64,000 bases of DNA. Origin: Octopus sinensis (taxonomy: Eukaryota). Positions 39,857 to 54,619 of this stretch are shown piece after piece. A program made the position numbers and the translations under genes. Position 1 is the first letter of the stretch; every line of letters begins with the position of its first letter. The DNA lies in NCBI RefSeq assembly GCF_006345805.1, contig NC_043013.1:36270001-36334000 (forward strand), read 5' to 3'. The notes under the pieces were generated by a model. The model did not search any database, had not been told where the DNA came from, and worked only from the letters and a program-made list of their open reading frames with translations.

Positions 39857-42800
39857 AATATACATACATAAATACATATATATACATACATATAGAAATG
39901 TTTAGACGTATGCACACATATACACATACATACAACACATACTTATATACTAACCCATCTTTCTTTCTCATTTATTTGAAAATATGAAGAAATTTAAATG
40001 ATTTTTTTTTTTTCCATATTTATTTTATAAAGCTACCTTTCATTTAATTTGTTTCAATTTTTCTCACCGAAAATGAAATGTGAACCGTAAGAAGAAGAAG
40101 AAAGAAGTAAAAAAAAAAAAATAAGATTCAACAAGGAGCTCAGTGTCATAAAATTAAATTACTTTCTTCGAGAAATCGTTACAACACTACAAAATACAAA
40201 CCTGTAACCGACATTAATAATAAAATAATTATCCGAATATTCACACCTGATGTTTGATTGTCAGTCAAATTGAGCATTGAGAGAGGAATAGTTCTGAAAA
40301 CAGATATTTGTATGGCATCCTGGGAAATTTTGTATTTGTTTATTATCTATGATTAATTTTCGGTGTATGCATCTATGAGTGTGTTCTTGTGAATAAATGT
40401 GTGTGTGTGTGTCTGTTTGTGTACATGTTTGTATCTTCAAGCTTGCTTTTCTTATGGAGAGAGTGTTTTTGCTAAACACACAAGCTTGTTCCTCAGACTT
40501 GTTGTTGTTGTTGTTGTTGTTGTTGTTATTTAGCCAACATCAACTTTTAGGGGTCAGCTCTACTTGAACAAGTTGACCTATGACCAAAAGGCATTCTTTA
40601 AAAGACCATCTCATTTTAATTTCAGACGTATTGTGTCTAGAATGATGCTGTCAAATGTGTGGTTTTCTTTTTTAAAGACAAGTGGCTATGGTTTGAGGGA
40701 GATTTAGTTGCTATTTCTAACAGCTTCAGACCACCACAACCACCACAGCCATCACTACCACCAGAACCACCACCACAATGACCATACCATAACCACCACC
40801 ACCACCACTACATCCACTACCACCACCACTACATCCACTACCACCACTACAATCATCACTACACCCAACACTATCATCACCACCACAACCATCACCACAA
40901 TCACCACCACCACTACAACCACCACCACCATCATAACAACAACAACCACCATCACCATCACAACAACCACCACCACCACCACCACCATCACAGCAATAAC
41001 CGTAACAACAACCACCACCAGTACCACCTTCAGTGTTACCTTCTCTTTCAACAGTCTAATTTCAAACCACCACAAGTCATAGCAACAACAACATCAACAT
41101 CAACATCACCACATCACCACTGCTATGATCACAAAGCAACAGTATGACCACGAGATGAGAAAGCCTTTATGTGGTTACTTGATTTGCAAGAATCAGCAGT
41201 CAGATCTCCATATCAAATCATGACCAATGTTTTATGTTTTAAAAGAGCACATATTGAATAAATGTGGTTCTGGGTTTCCTGCATATTGGTAAAAGAGGGG
41301 ATTGTCACAGCTGGAATGTCTTTGGTCATAGGTTTTCTCATTTAGGGCTGACCTAAGGCTAACTACAGCAACAGCAGCAACAACACCGACAGCAACAACA
41401 ACAACTGCAGCAGCAACAACAACCAGCACCTCACCATCACAAGCCTCAGGAAGCAACCCATCACCTCCCCCCACAACCACCACCATCACCATCATCACTG
41501 CATCCACCACCACTACCACTACCCCTACCGCCAGCAACAACAACAACAACAACCACAACACCATTACTCTGATATAAAGTGATAAATGATGTGGCTGATA
41601 AGATTTTGGATCACGTTGCCTAGTAACCATTGAAGGTATTTTAAAGATCTTCACATGTTTCTCGTTTTTACTTTTGTTCTCTTAATTGTTGTGTTGTTGT
41701 TGTTATTCTTATCTTTATGTTGTTGTTTGTTTTATTTCTTTTGTATATTTTTATGTTAATTCATTAACTTTTTGCATCTTTGTTATTATTGTTTTTTCCT
41801 TTTTTTTAATCTAATTTTTTCAACTTTTTATCTTTTCACTTGTTCCAGCCATTAGACTGTGACCATGCTGGAGCACTGCTTTGAATTTCTTTTTTTTTTT
41901 CAAAACCTGGTACTTATTCTATTGGTCTCCTTTGCCAAACTGCTAAGTCATGGGGATGTAAAGAAACCAACACCAGTTCTCAAGTGGTAGTGGGGACAAT
42001 CACCACCACAAAGACACACACACACACAATGGCCTTCTTTCAGTATCAGTCGGCCAAATCCACTCACAAGGCTTTGGTCGGCCTGAGACTGGTAACAGAC
42101 ACTTTCTCAAAGTGCCATACAGTGGGACTGAACCTGGAATCACACAGTCATACAGTGCCTAATATGAATTTATTAAGTGAAAAGTTGGTGGTACAAGGTC
42201 TGCTTGTTCTTTCACTATTTGGAATAATTGTCATTGATGCCTTCATTTCTGTTCTTTGACCCCAAGTAACCTTCAATCTAACTGACCAAGGCTTAACTCC
42301 TTTAGCATTCAGATTACTCTGTCAAATGTTATGCTTATTTATTCACATTGCTTTGAATTAATCATGCATTATCTTGTAGCTTTAAGATTTCAATGATGTG
42401 ATTATTTTTAGAATGGTTGTTGTGACAGTGTGGAGGCACGTGGCTTAGTGGTTAGGGTGTCAGCATCATGATCGTAAGATTTTGGTTTCAATTCCTGGAC
42501 TGGGTGACACGTTGTGTCCTTGAGCAAGACACTTCATTTCATGTTGCTCCAGTCCACTCAGCTGGCAAAAATGAGTAACCCTGGTGTCCCATCCAGCTGG
42601 GGAACACACACGCCATAGAAACCGGGAAACCGGGCCTGTGAGCCTGGCTAGGCTTTAAAAGGGCGCATTTATTTTTATTATTTGTTGTGCCGGTGGTGGT
42701 AGATGCAAGAGGCCAGATCTTGACCAGTTTGTGCATAAAGCAAGAAGAATATTTGGGCTAGATATGGCCAATTCAATGCTTTTAGTTACTCTGTTACTCT

Positions 42801-44027
42801 GTTACTTGTTTCAGTCATTTGACTGCGGCCATGCTGGAGCACCGCCTTTAATCGAGCAACTCGACCCTGGGACTTATTCTTTTGTAAGCTCAGTACTTAT
42901 TCTATTGGTCTCTTTTGCCAAACCGCTTAGTGTTCAGATTATTCTATTAAATGCAATGCTTATTTATTCGCATTGTTTTGAATTGATCATGAATTTATCT
43001 TGTAGCTTAGAGATTTTGATAAAGGATTAAAGGCAATTCAGCCATTATCAGCTTGTCCTTTATTTTGAACTAATGCAAGGTACGATTTCAGGAAAAACTG
43101 ACTGCTATTTCTAATAGTCCAAATGACTACATAGATTAGTGGTTCTCAACCATTTTCATTCATGAACCCCTTTCGTTCCTATTTTACTAAGGTGAGGGAC
43201 CCTCATAATCATTTGAAGTTTAAAATATCCTATATTTTTATAATTTGTTATGAACTGGAATTCAAATTCCACCGAGGTTGACTTTACCTTTCATCCTTTC
43301 AGGGTCGATAAATTAAGTACCAGTTGCATACTGGGGTCAATCTAATCGACTGGCCTCCTCCCCAAAATCTTGTTATGAATTGTATGAAAATGTGTTAAAG
43401 ACATTTTGTGTATCATAGAAGTATAACCAGTTTATTGCATGTAAATTTCAACCCCAAAACCTTATACAAACCCCAAAGGGCCATATAAACCACTGATATA
43501 GATGACTCCCACAGTGATTTATTGTTGATTTTGCATGACCAATTGGTCAGCCTTGATTCAGCTGTCCTATGGCATGCAGATAGTCAATTAGTTGATGAGA
43601 TGAGACCAACACATCCATCTTCCAACTGGCCCACTGGCCCTACTATACTGTGTAGTCAATAAAATCAAAAACAAAGAATGCACATGTGTGAAATAAAAAA
43701 TATAAAAGGGCAAGAATTTACCCTCGCACCCTGTATATATATATTATATATTATATATATATCTATTTCTATATCTATATCTATATATATATATATATAT
43801 CTATATATATATGTATATATACATATATACACATACACACTCAGACATATATGTACATGTATGTGTGCACAGATTACATACACCTACTCACAATAAATAT
43901 CAAAATCAAAAATATAAATAAAAATACAAATCAAAATAAATGAGAAATGTATCATTTTTTTTATAGCAATTTTTTGTGTCTTTTATATTTTGTTTCATTT
44001 TCTTTTACATCATTTGTCTCCCTATAT

Positions 44028-44065
<38 letters not shown>

Positions 44066-44284
44066 ACCTTTTTTCCCGATCTCTTTTTCATTCGTCTTAC
44101 CTAACCTTTCCCACTATCTCCCCCTCCCCCTCCATTCAACTCACAACCATCCAACCATTCTGAGAGATATGTACGTAGGGAGTAAGCAGAGAAAGAGTCC
44201 TGTCTTGATGGAATTGGAGAAATGCCAACAGTTGACTCTGACTGGAGTTCCTTGGAAAAAAAAAAAGAAAAAAAAAGCTGGAGC

Positions 44285-44310
44285 TACTACTACTACTACT
44301 ACTGCTACTG

Positions 44311-44342
<32 letters not shown>

Positions 44343-44414
44343 ACTGCTACTACTACTACTACTACTACTAATAATAATAATAATATCAATAATAATAATA
44401 TCAATAATAATATC

Positions 44415-44445
<31 letters not shown>

Positions 44446-44448
44446 TTA

Positions 44449-44489
<41 letters not shown>

Positions 44490-44551
44490 TTAATATTAAT
44501 AATAATAATAATAAAATTAATATTGATAATAATAATAATGATATTAATAAC

Positions 44552-44613
<62 letters not shown>

Positions 44614-44624
44614 TGATGATGATG

Positions 44625-44664
<40 letters not shown>

Positions 44665-44685
44665 TAATAATAATAATAATATGAA
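44285..44685. repeat. Compound (CTA)(CTG)(AAT)n trinucleotide tract
   Basis: Direct inspection. Confidence 0.95.
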
Positions 44686-44999
44686 GTAAAAAATGGAGAG
44701 TGGAAAACAAAGCTAAAAAATAAAGTAAAAAGAAAATCTATCATTGGTTTTAATCAAATGAATACATATAAAAATATCTTTTAATCAGGCGAGACGGCAC
44801 AAGGTTTGGAACTGATCAGGGTGGGGATGCAAGGGAGGGGAATAAATGAAAGTAAAAAAAAAAAGAAGATATCACATAAAAATTTAAACAAAAATCAAAT
44901 GTGGCAACAACTGTGACAACTCACAACTCCACCAATAACAGGCAACATTCATGATTGCAAAGACAAAAGAAGGATAATATTCCATATTTAGAAATTATT

Positions 45000-45350
45000 A
45001 CAGGCACAGGAGTGGTTGTGTGGTAAGTAGCTTGCTTACCAACCACATGGTTCCGGGTTCAGTCCCACTGCTTGACACCTTGGGAAAGTGTCTTCTACTA
45101 TAGCCTCAGGCCGACCAAAGCCTTGTGAGCGAATTTGGTAGACGGAAACTGAAAGAAGCCCATCGTATATATGTATATGTGTGTGTGTGTGTGTGTTTGG
45201 CCCCACCAACGTAGCTTGACATCTGATGCTGGTGTGTTTACATCCCCGTAACTTAGTGGTTCGGCAAAAAGAGACCAATAGAATAAGTACTAGGCTTACA
45301 AAGCAGTGGGACTGAACCTGGAACCATGTGGTTGGTAAGCAAGCTACTTC
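45000..45350 (+). mobile_element. SINE family A
   Basis: Family motifs; a partial second head follows at about 45305-45350. Confidence 0.9.
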
Positions 45351-45650
45351 TCAATTTTTGGATGGATATCATCATTTACATTAAAATTGCAATTTGTTTT
45401 GAATTATACATACACACATACATTCATATATGTCTATATATCACAGTCTCACAGAATTGACCAGACCATCAGATGTTGTTACTCACCACTAGACATAATG
45501 CGTTTCCAATTCTTGTATTGAATGTGCCATTCTTTTCATTCTATCTCGAATGTGCTGTTCTTTTCCATCTTAGCCCAAATTCCTTGGCCAAATTGTTTCC
45601 CCATCATTGTGGAGACCTTCCAAGTGGACTTTTCCAATCTCTAGAATACC

Positions 45651-45886
45651 TATTTCTTTATTACCCACAAGGGGCTAAACACAGAGGGGACAAACAAGGA
45701 CAGACATAGGTATTAAGTCGATTACATCGACCCCAGTGCGTAACTGGTACTTAATTTATCAACCCCGAAAGGATGAAAGGCAAAGTCAACCTCGGCGGAA
45801 TTTGAACTCACAACGTAACGCAGACGAAATACTGCTAAGCATTTTGCCCGACGTGCTAACGTTTCTGCCAGCTCGCCACCTTATAG
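45651..45886 (-). mobile_element. SINE family B, full length, with 15-bp TSD aatctctagaatacc
   Basis: TSD at 45636-45650 and 45887-45901. Confidence 0.9.
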
Positions 45887-46392
45887 AATCTCTAGAATAC
45901 CACTTGGCAGATGCATGGATTCACCTGTTGTCTGTGAACCTTGTGAGATTCAGGCCCACTGAACTTGTGCTTTTGGTACACTGCAATCACATCGTTCACT
46001 CCACTCTGTTCTTGATCTATCTCATTTAGAAAATACTCCAATAATGTTGTTCCTAGCAAGGATATTTTGATAGGCTTTTGTGTTGTAGCCAATCAATGTT
46101 CTATCCTCATCATAGTATCCCATGTCTCATTTGCATATAAGAGCTCAGGTAGGACAATGCTAATGAAGAGTTGGCATGTATGACATTGTCTAGTTTTGTT
46201 TTGAGCACATCCTTTATTGAGCTAAATGCCTTCCATCCAGTCCTTATTCTCTTTAGATGGAAATTGTAAGAAGCCTATCCTATTTATATGTGTATGTGTG
46301 TGTGTGTGTGTGAGTGCTTCACTACCACTGGTATTCTGATAACTGGTGTTTTGTCTATGTCCCCAGTTTGGCAAAGAAACTGATAGAATTAG

Positions 46393-46625
46393 AGGGCGGC
46401 AAGCTGGCAGAAACTTTAGCATGCTGGGCGAAATGCTTAGTGGTATTTCTTCTGCTGCTACGTTCTGAGTTCAAATTCTGCCGAAGTCGACTTTGCCTTT
46501 CATCCTTTCAGGGTTGATTAAATAAGTACCAGTTATGCACTGGGGTCGATATAATCGATTTAATCCGTTTGTCTGTCCTTGTTTGTCCCCTTTGTGTGTA
46601 GCCCCTTGTGGGCAGTAAAGAAATA
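46393..46625 (+). mobile_element. SINE family B nested in SINE A with 8-bp TSD agaattag
   Basis: TSD at 46385-46392 and 46626-46633; the SINE A tail resumes after it. Confidence 0.9.
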
Positions 46626-46989
46626 AGAATTAGTTCCAGGCTTAAAAGTAAGTCCTGGTGTTGATTCATTCAGCTAAAGTTCTCCAAGGTCATACTCCAG
46701 CATGGCCGCAGTCTAATGACTGAAACAAGTTAAACGGTAAAAACAAAAAAATGATAGGGTCTTGTGAATGGCAGAATCAACTGAATTGTACAATGGATAA
46801 AATTCTGCGTGATATTTAGTTACGTTGCTTTATGTTCTGACTTTATGTTCAAATTCCACTCAGGGCAGCTTTGCCTTTCGTTTTTCTAAGGTTTAATAAC
46901 ATGAAGTACCACTTGATTACCTAATTAATTTCATAAACTATTAGTAAAGCTATTGGTCCTGATCTATCTTCTAAATTGGATTCACTCTC

Positions 46990-47300
46990 TCATCGTCGTT
47001 GTGTGGCTTCTTTGTCTCTCTTCTATAAGTATTTTCATGGAGGGACATTGTTCATCTGAGCTCTCTTCTCTGGTTCCTCCTTTAAGAACTTATCAGCAAT
47101 CAATTAGACTTGCATTCAGTTCTCATCAGTGTAATGTGCAACCTCCTAAGTGTCATGAAATACTTTATAGTACCAGTTTCTTCCCTCGCACCTCTGACCT
47201 TTGGAATTTCCTTCCACAGTCTAGTTTCCACCGCTTCAATATGACCTTGATTCTTTTAAGTCTAATGTACATCGTCACCTATTGACTTCTGTCTAGCTTC
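46990..47300 (+). pseudogene. Decayed LINE RT C-terminus (CR1/Jockey group)
   Basis: YSTSFFPRTSDLWNFLPQSSF matches the SFFPRT..LWNSLP motif. Confidence 0.7.
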
Positions 47301-48022
47301 CATTTTATTCTAGAATCTGTTATATTTTCACTGGTCGAAGGACCTTGTAATGAGTGAATGCTTTAAAAACACCAAAAAAAGAAAAAACTTTATCTCTTTC
47401 TTGGAAACTCTGTGATTTTGTGACCATGCTAGAAATTGACAGCGAATTGGCAGAGAGAGTAGAATGTCAGACAAAATACTTTATTGTATTTCTTCCTATG
47501 TTTTATGTTCTGAGTTCAAATCGTACAGAGGTAAACTTTACATTTCATCTCTGCAGAGCTGGTAAAGTAATAAGTGCCAGTCAAGTTCCAGGTGGGTCAA
47601 TGGATTTAACTAACCTCTCCCACAAATCTAGCTCTATACCATCATAAACCTTCAACATTTAACCCTTTCATTTCCAACCTGGCTGAAACCGCTCTGGCTC
47701 TGAGTACAAATGTCTTGTTTTCATAAGTTTTGAACTAAAATCTTCCACCAAACCTTAGTCACAATTTATGTTCCTAACACTAGCTTAATGATAACCAAGT
47801 AATTTTACTAAATTCCTTGTTATATTTAAAGTAACTGAAAGAAACACGGAGCATCTCAAAATATATACAGTAATGAAAGGGTTAAGCAGGTCGTATCTGA
47901 CACATATTCTACTCATCTTATTCTCAAACTGGCCTGATATGGCCTCTCATACATACCCTACAATGTCATTCTATAAATAAACAATCACATCAGGCATATC
48001 TCAAATCTACAAGATAAACCAT

Positions 48023-48207
48023 TCAGTTCTATATTTAAGAGATGAGGAATTATGTACATTATTTACATTATTTACATTTGACAAATATTTGTCCTCATCT
48101 CATTTGTTGTTAACACGTTTCACCATATGCTCATGGGCATATGGCATAGTGGTTAAGAGTGCAGGCTACTAACCTCAAGATTTCGAGTTTGATTCCAGGC
48201 AGTGACA

Positions 48208-48283
<76 letters not shown>

Positions 48284-48446
48284 CAACAACATTGAAAAAT
48301 ACTTTAGGAATGAGAACCCAGGTTCGAAATTTCTCCAAGACACCTGATGAAGGATGGAGGGTATCAGCCGAAATGCTGTGTTAACAACAAACAAGATGAG
48401 GACAAATATACGTCAAATGTAAATAATGCAAATAATGTAAATAATG
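48023..48446 (+). mobile_element. Chimeric tRNA-head SINE with hammerhead-like 3' domain and 5' inverted tail copy
   Basis: Inverted tail 48023-48121; tRNA head about 48135-48206; (AAT)n; acac-CTGATGA-a-ggatg..cagcc-GAAATGCT-gtgt at 48340-48381; 12-bp flanking duplication aagataaaccat. Confidence 0.8.
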
Positions 48447-48555
48447 AAGATAAACCATGATTGAATACAAAACAAATGTGAATAACAAGCATTACATTTG
48501 GCAGAATAATCAGAATGATAAAGGGTTAACTCACTGCTTTTCAGTCACTTCTCAA

Positions 48556-48593
<38 letters not shown>

Positions 48594-49960
48594 TTACAAC
48601 TCATTCTTTTTCTAAATAGATACTATCTCTATACAAATATTTTGAAATTAAAATTTTTCTGGACCTTATTTTTAAACAAGTCATTGATATCATCCTCATT
48701 ATCAATTTACTTCTGCTGTCTTTAACATATCATGTCTTTCACCAGTGCTTCAGTTTTGGTATGGTTTCCCCTGCTGGATGTTCTTTATCACTCCAGCCAC
48801 TTTACAGAGCATACTGAGACCATTTATTTATTTATTTATTTGGCATCGGGACCAAAGAGGTTGTCTTGCCCTTAGCAAAACTAAAAAAAGCCACCAACAT
48901 TGCATCATCTTTATTTGATTTATTTGATTCATCAACAATTTTACAGAGTTTATAGGGTGCATCTTATGTAGCACCAGCACTAATGAGGTAGCTTTGTAAC
49001 TTACAGGACCAAAGAGCTTCCATCACAGGAAAAACAGATGGGAGAATGAGGGATGACTACAGTTGAGGTTGAGACATCTCTCCCTTGTCCTCCTCTTATT
49101 CTTTCAACCATGAGAGATAGTGAGTGTCCACAAGTTACAACGCAACAAAGTGTTTACGTTTTTCAGTCTCAAAATACTAAGCAACTACATCAACAACGAT
49201 TATTGGTAGAGAGTTTCCACAACCGTAAAGCCTATTGTTATCTTAAGTGGTGGTCATTAAGTTTTAACTTTTGATCCAATAATGTATATAAACTAATCCA
49301 AAGACTACTACATCTTACTAAGTATATATATATTTTTTTTTTAGATAATCCCAAGTTTTGAGTCATCTGTTCCTTTTTATCAAAGATTCAAAATCTGTGA
49401 TGAATTCTTGGTATATACAATATTTTATTCAAATGAGAAAAATACAAACAGTCATTTAAACACACACAAGCGCATATGCACATATACTTCCTCACATATA
49501 TACAATGCACACAAATTTACACACACACATACACTATATATACATATATTTATATTTATATATATATATACACACAACATATGTACAAATATATATGTAT
49601 GTGTATGTATATATATATATACATATATATATACATGCCTGTATATACATATGCACATATATATTAATATATACATCTACATGTACCTATGTGTGTGTAT
49701 ATATATACACACGTACACACACATATATACACACACACACTCACACACATACAGCTATATACATATGTATGTTTGTCCATGCATATATACAAATATATTT
49801 ATATGGATATATATGTATGCGCATGCATACTTACATATGTATACCACACACACACACACACACACATATATATACATACATATACATATGTAAGTATGTA
49901 TATATAAGCCCTCGAGCCTCTGCAATGTCATTATTCATATATTCTTGGTTCCATATATTA

Positions 49961-50004
<44 letters not shown>

Positions 50005-51442
50005 AGATACATATATATATATATATATATAAATAGTATCTATACATACATACATATCGGCCATATATATGTATGCCAATATATATATATATTATAAATA
50101 TAAGATATATGCAAATATATATATATGTATATATTAAAAAAAGCTATATATTCTACATATATTCGTTACTGCTATCCCCTGTGTTTTAGAATTTTGGAAA
50201 GCTTTCAAGCTTTATTTAATTAATTGAACTACGATTATTTTAAAAGCATTCATCATCAGAGTTAAACATTCCGAGATATTACATTAACTTCATGTGGGTG
50301 GGGACCGAGAGGGTGTAGGGAAAGGGTTGAAGGTGGATAAAAAAAAAACCTGAAGGAGACAAAACAAAGAAGTTTGTAGGAATAAAAAAAAAGGGGAGAA
50401 AGAAAAGTGAAAGAAAAAATTATGGGGAAAAAAAGGTTCTCTCATCTATTTTTTTTTTGTCAACTAACCAAAGAAACAATAGCATCTATTAATATATCAT
50501 GATGTTGCTGCTGCTATTGCTGCTGACGATGATGATGATGATGATAATGATGATGATGATGGTATGGTGAATCATTCTCATCATTAACAATGACAATAAC
50601 AGCAACGATGAAATCACGTCACCACCATCAACTCTATCAATGCCATTAGCATTACAACCGTCACCATCAGCACCATCATCATCATCTTCATAACCATCAT
50701 CATCATCGTCATCATCATCATTGTCATCATTATAAACATTGTCATCATCATCATTATCTCCTTCACTACCATTCCATGACAACTGCCACCACCAGCACCA
50801 CAACCACCACCACCACAACCACCACCACCACTACTTCCACCACCACTGCCTCCACTACCACCACTACCATTGCCTACACTACCACCACTACCATCCACCA
50901 CTACTGCCTCAACCACCAGCACCAGCACCACCACCACTGCCTCCACTACTACCATCATCATCCCCATTTTCATCATCAATAATCCGACCACCATCACCAT
51001 CACTGCCATCACCAACAACACCACAACCACCAACATCACCACCATCAGTACCACCACCATCACTAACAACAACAATAAAAACAACACTGCCAACATCAGT
51101 TACCATCACCGCCAACATCACCACCACCACTACCACCACCACCACCATCACCATCACCATCTTCATCACCACCACCATCATCATCATCCTCATCATCAGC
51201 AACAGCAACAACACTAAGATAATGAGTGAAGAAGTAGGTAAGTAAATAAATAAGCCAGGATCTGTAGCAGAGAGATAATAAGTTGCAACGAAACATTGAC
51301 TTTCTTCATCAAATCTTCCATCGAACCAGAAAGAATTAACTATCTCGCGTGCAATGTTGCATATGTTTAACTCGTATGTCTGGATGTGGGCACATACAGC
51401 TATTTGTATGCGTACATATATATATATACAATATTATATGTA

Positions 51443-51497
<55 letters not shown>

Positions 51498-51518
51498 ATA
51501 TTATATATATGTAGATAG

Positions 51519-51564
<46 letters not shown>

Positions 51565-51765
51565 ATACATATATACTGTGTGCATGTGTGTGTATGTGTG
51601 TGTGTGTGCTAATGGGCTTATCTATATGTATGGTGTGCAATGTATCCAATCAATCTATACAGCATCAACATCGTAGTATAACAACTTGACTCTTTTGCAT
51701 TAGAGAAAGGAATTACATTTATATATACACATATACATATACACACTTACATACATACTATATTT

Positions 51766-51809
<44 letters not shown>

Positions 51810-52774
51810 TGTATATTAAATATATATATATCTATATGTATGTATTATTTATGCATGTATGTATAATATAAATATATGTGGATATATTCTCAGTAATAAC
51901 GCATGCACGTACTCCATAGGGTACATCATAATTAGTCTTAGCAAGGTATTTTTCACTGAATATTCATAAATTTGAGAATTATTTGGAAGTGTGACATAAA
52001 TGAAAGAATAGATGGAAAGAGCGAACCAATGATGCACAATGCTGAGGAATTATGCATGATCTTACCTTGTAGCACAAACACCTACACACACATATATCTG
52101 TGCACACACACACATGGCATATATATATACATACTTATATATGTATACATATATGTGTGTGTATATATATATACACACACATACATGTCTCTCTTTCTCA
52201 CTACTCTCTCTCTATATATATATTGTATATATATATGTATATATATAACCAAATCCCTTGTTTCATTCCACACTTGAATATATATAATTATATATATATA
52301 TATATATTATATATATATATATATATATTCAGTGTGGAATGAAACAAGGGATTTGGTTAAGCTATTTACTATAACATCATAAATTACATAATCTTTACAT
52401 GTGTTTCACTATTGTATATTAGTGTTTCATTTGGTAAATGTTTCATAGATGATTGCATAATTACATTCGAATGCCAGATCCTCAGAATAGAAACGTAATT
52501 TCAAATGATGCTGGTTACCAACATCAGCTAGTAAGCAGAGCCAAACCTGGTAACCAATAGTAGATTAAATTACATATTTTTTTCTGAGGATCTGGTATTC
52601 TAAGGTGATTACACAATCATCTATGTGATGGTTACCACATCACACACTAATATATGCTAGTGAAACACTTATAAATTTTCTCCGTTTATGATGTTATAAA
52701 AGAAAGTTTAACTTAATTTCATGTTTTATTCAGATCTCAGATATACACTATGTACTTTATCTAGATATAGTCTT

Positions 52775-53172
52775 TTTACTCTTTAACTTATTTCAGTCAT
52801 TTGACTGTGGCCATGCTGGAGCACCGACTTTAGTCGAGCAAATCGACGCCAGGACTTAATCTTTGTAAGCCTAGTACTTATTCTATTGGTCGCTGTTTGC
52901 TGACATAAACACAAATCAAAGCATGGTTGTCAAGCGATGTTTGGGTGGGACAAACACAGACACACAAACACATACACATATATATATATATATGTATATA
53001 CATATATACGACAGGCTGCTTTCAGTTTCCGTCTACCAAATCCACTCACAAGGCTTTGGTCGGCCTGAGGCTATAGTAGAAGACACTTGCCCAAGGTGCC
53101 ACACCGTGGGACTGAACCCCAAACCATGTGATTGGTAAGCAAGCTAATTACCACACAGCCACTCCTATGCCT
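52775..53172 (-). mobile_element. SINE family A, full length
   Basis: Family motifs on the minus strand. Further copies at 29880-30160, 38300-38510, 41840-42160, 55135-55505 and 63378-63755. Confidence 0.9.
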
Positions 53173-53532
53173 ATAAACGAAAATCTAGGGACAAATTATG
53201 TTTAATACCTACACAAGTATGCATGCATATTTGTGAGAGTATGTATGTATGTGTGTGTGTGGGTATGTTTATATGTCCTTGGTTTTATGTCACAAGATAG
53301 TTGTAGACAAGTGTCACCATCATGCAAGCAGTGTCCCTCATTTTCAGTTTCTCATAAAAATATGCCCACATTGGAAGAAGTATTACATTACTTGGAAACA
53401 GGTGAGAGTAAGTGACAGGAAAAGCATTCAGCATGCAAAAAATCACCAAATCTTTCTGAACCTTGAAAGCACAGAAGGGTGATGCTAAAAATGATGACTA
53501 GGATTTTACATATATTTGTGCGTGTGTATATG

Positions 53533-53580
<48 letters not shown>

Positions 53581-53956
53581 ATCTCTCTCCTCTTAGCATA
53601 TATATATATATATATACACAAACACAAACACACATGTTGTGGAAAATTTTGTCTACAATTATTTTATGCTTTCATACATACACACATGCCTATATTGGTC
53701 ATCTACCTATCTATCTATCTATCTATATTATATATATATATATAATATATTTATATACACACATAATACACATATATATTTATACTACATACATTAATAC
53801 ATCATACCTACATACATACATACATACATACATACATACATAAATATATATATATATATATATACATATCAGTATCTATATCTATATATCTATTCATATC
53901 TATCTATATATGTATATATACACATACACATTTATATGTACATAAGTACATATATC

Positions 53957-53987
<31 letters not shown>

Positions 53988-54307
53988 GCGAGTGTGTTGG
54001 TGTGTGTGCGTGCTTGTGTGCACATGCGTGTGACTATTTGATTAATAATTTATTCTGTCCATACCAAATCTTTAAAATACATAATGATATTGATGTAGAT
54101 AAAGCTGAAATCGTTCAGCTTGAGCAAACAAGAATTATGTTGAGGTGTCAGAGATTTACAAATCTCTTACCAAATATTATTACTAAAATAACACATGCAT
54201 ACACTCATATATACACACAGAGCATGGAAAACGGACATTAAATGATGAAGATGATGATGATGAAGGTAATGAGATGATGTGTGTGTGGTGTGTATATACA
54301 TGTGTGT

Positions 54308-54348
<41 letters not shown>

Positions 54349-54359
54349 TATACACACAC

Positions 54360-54392
<33 letters not shown>

Positions 54393-54435
54393 AATATATA
54401 TTATATATATATATATATATAATATATATAAATAT

Positions 54436-54468
<33 letters not shown>

Positions 54469-54469
54469 G

Positions 54470-54511
<42 letters not shown>

Positions 54512-54619
54512 TATACTGTATGAAAGAGAAAAATGGAATACAATATAGAAACACAGAAATTGAAGTGTGGTGTCCGCAACAGCAGTACCATAACTACTAC
54601 CACCATTGACCTCTGCATG

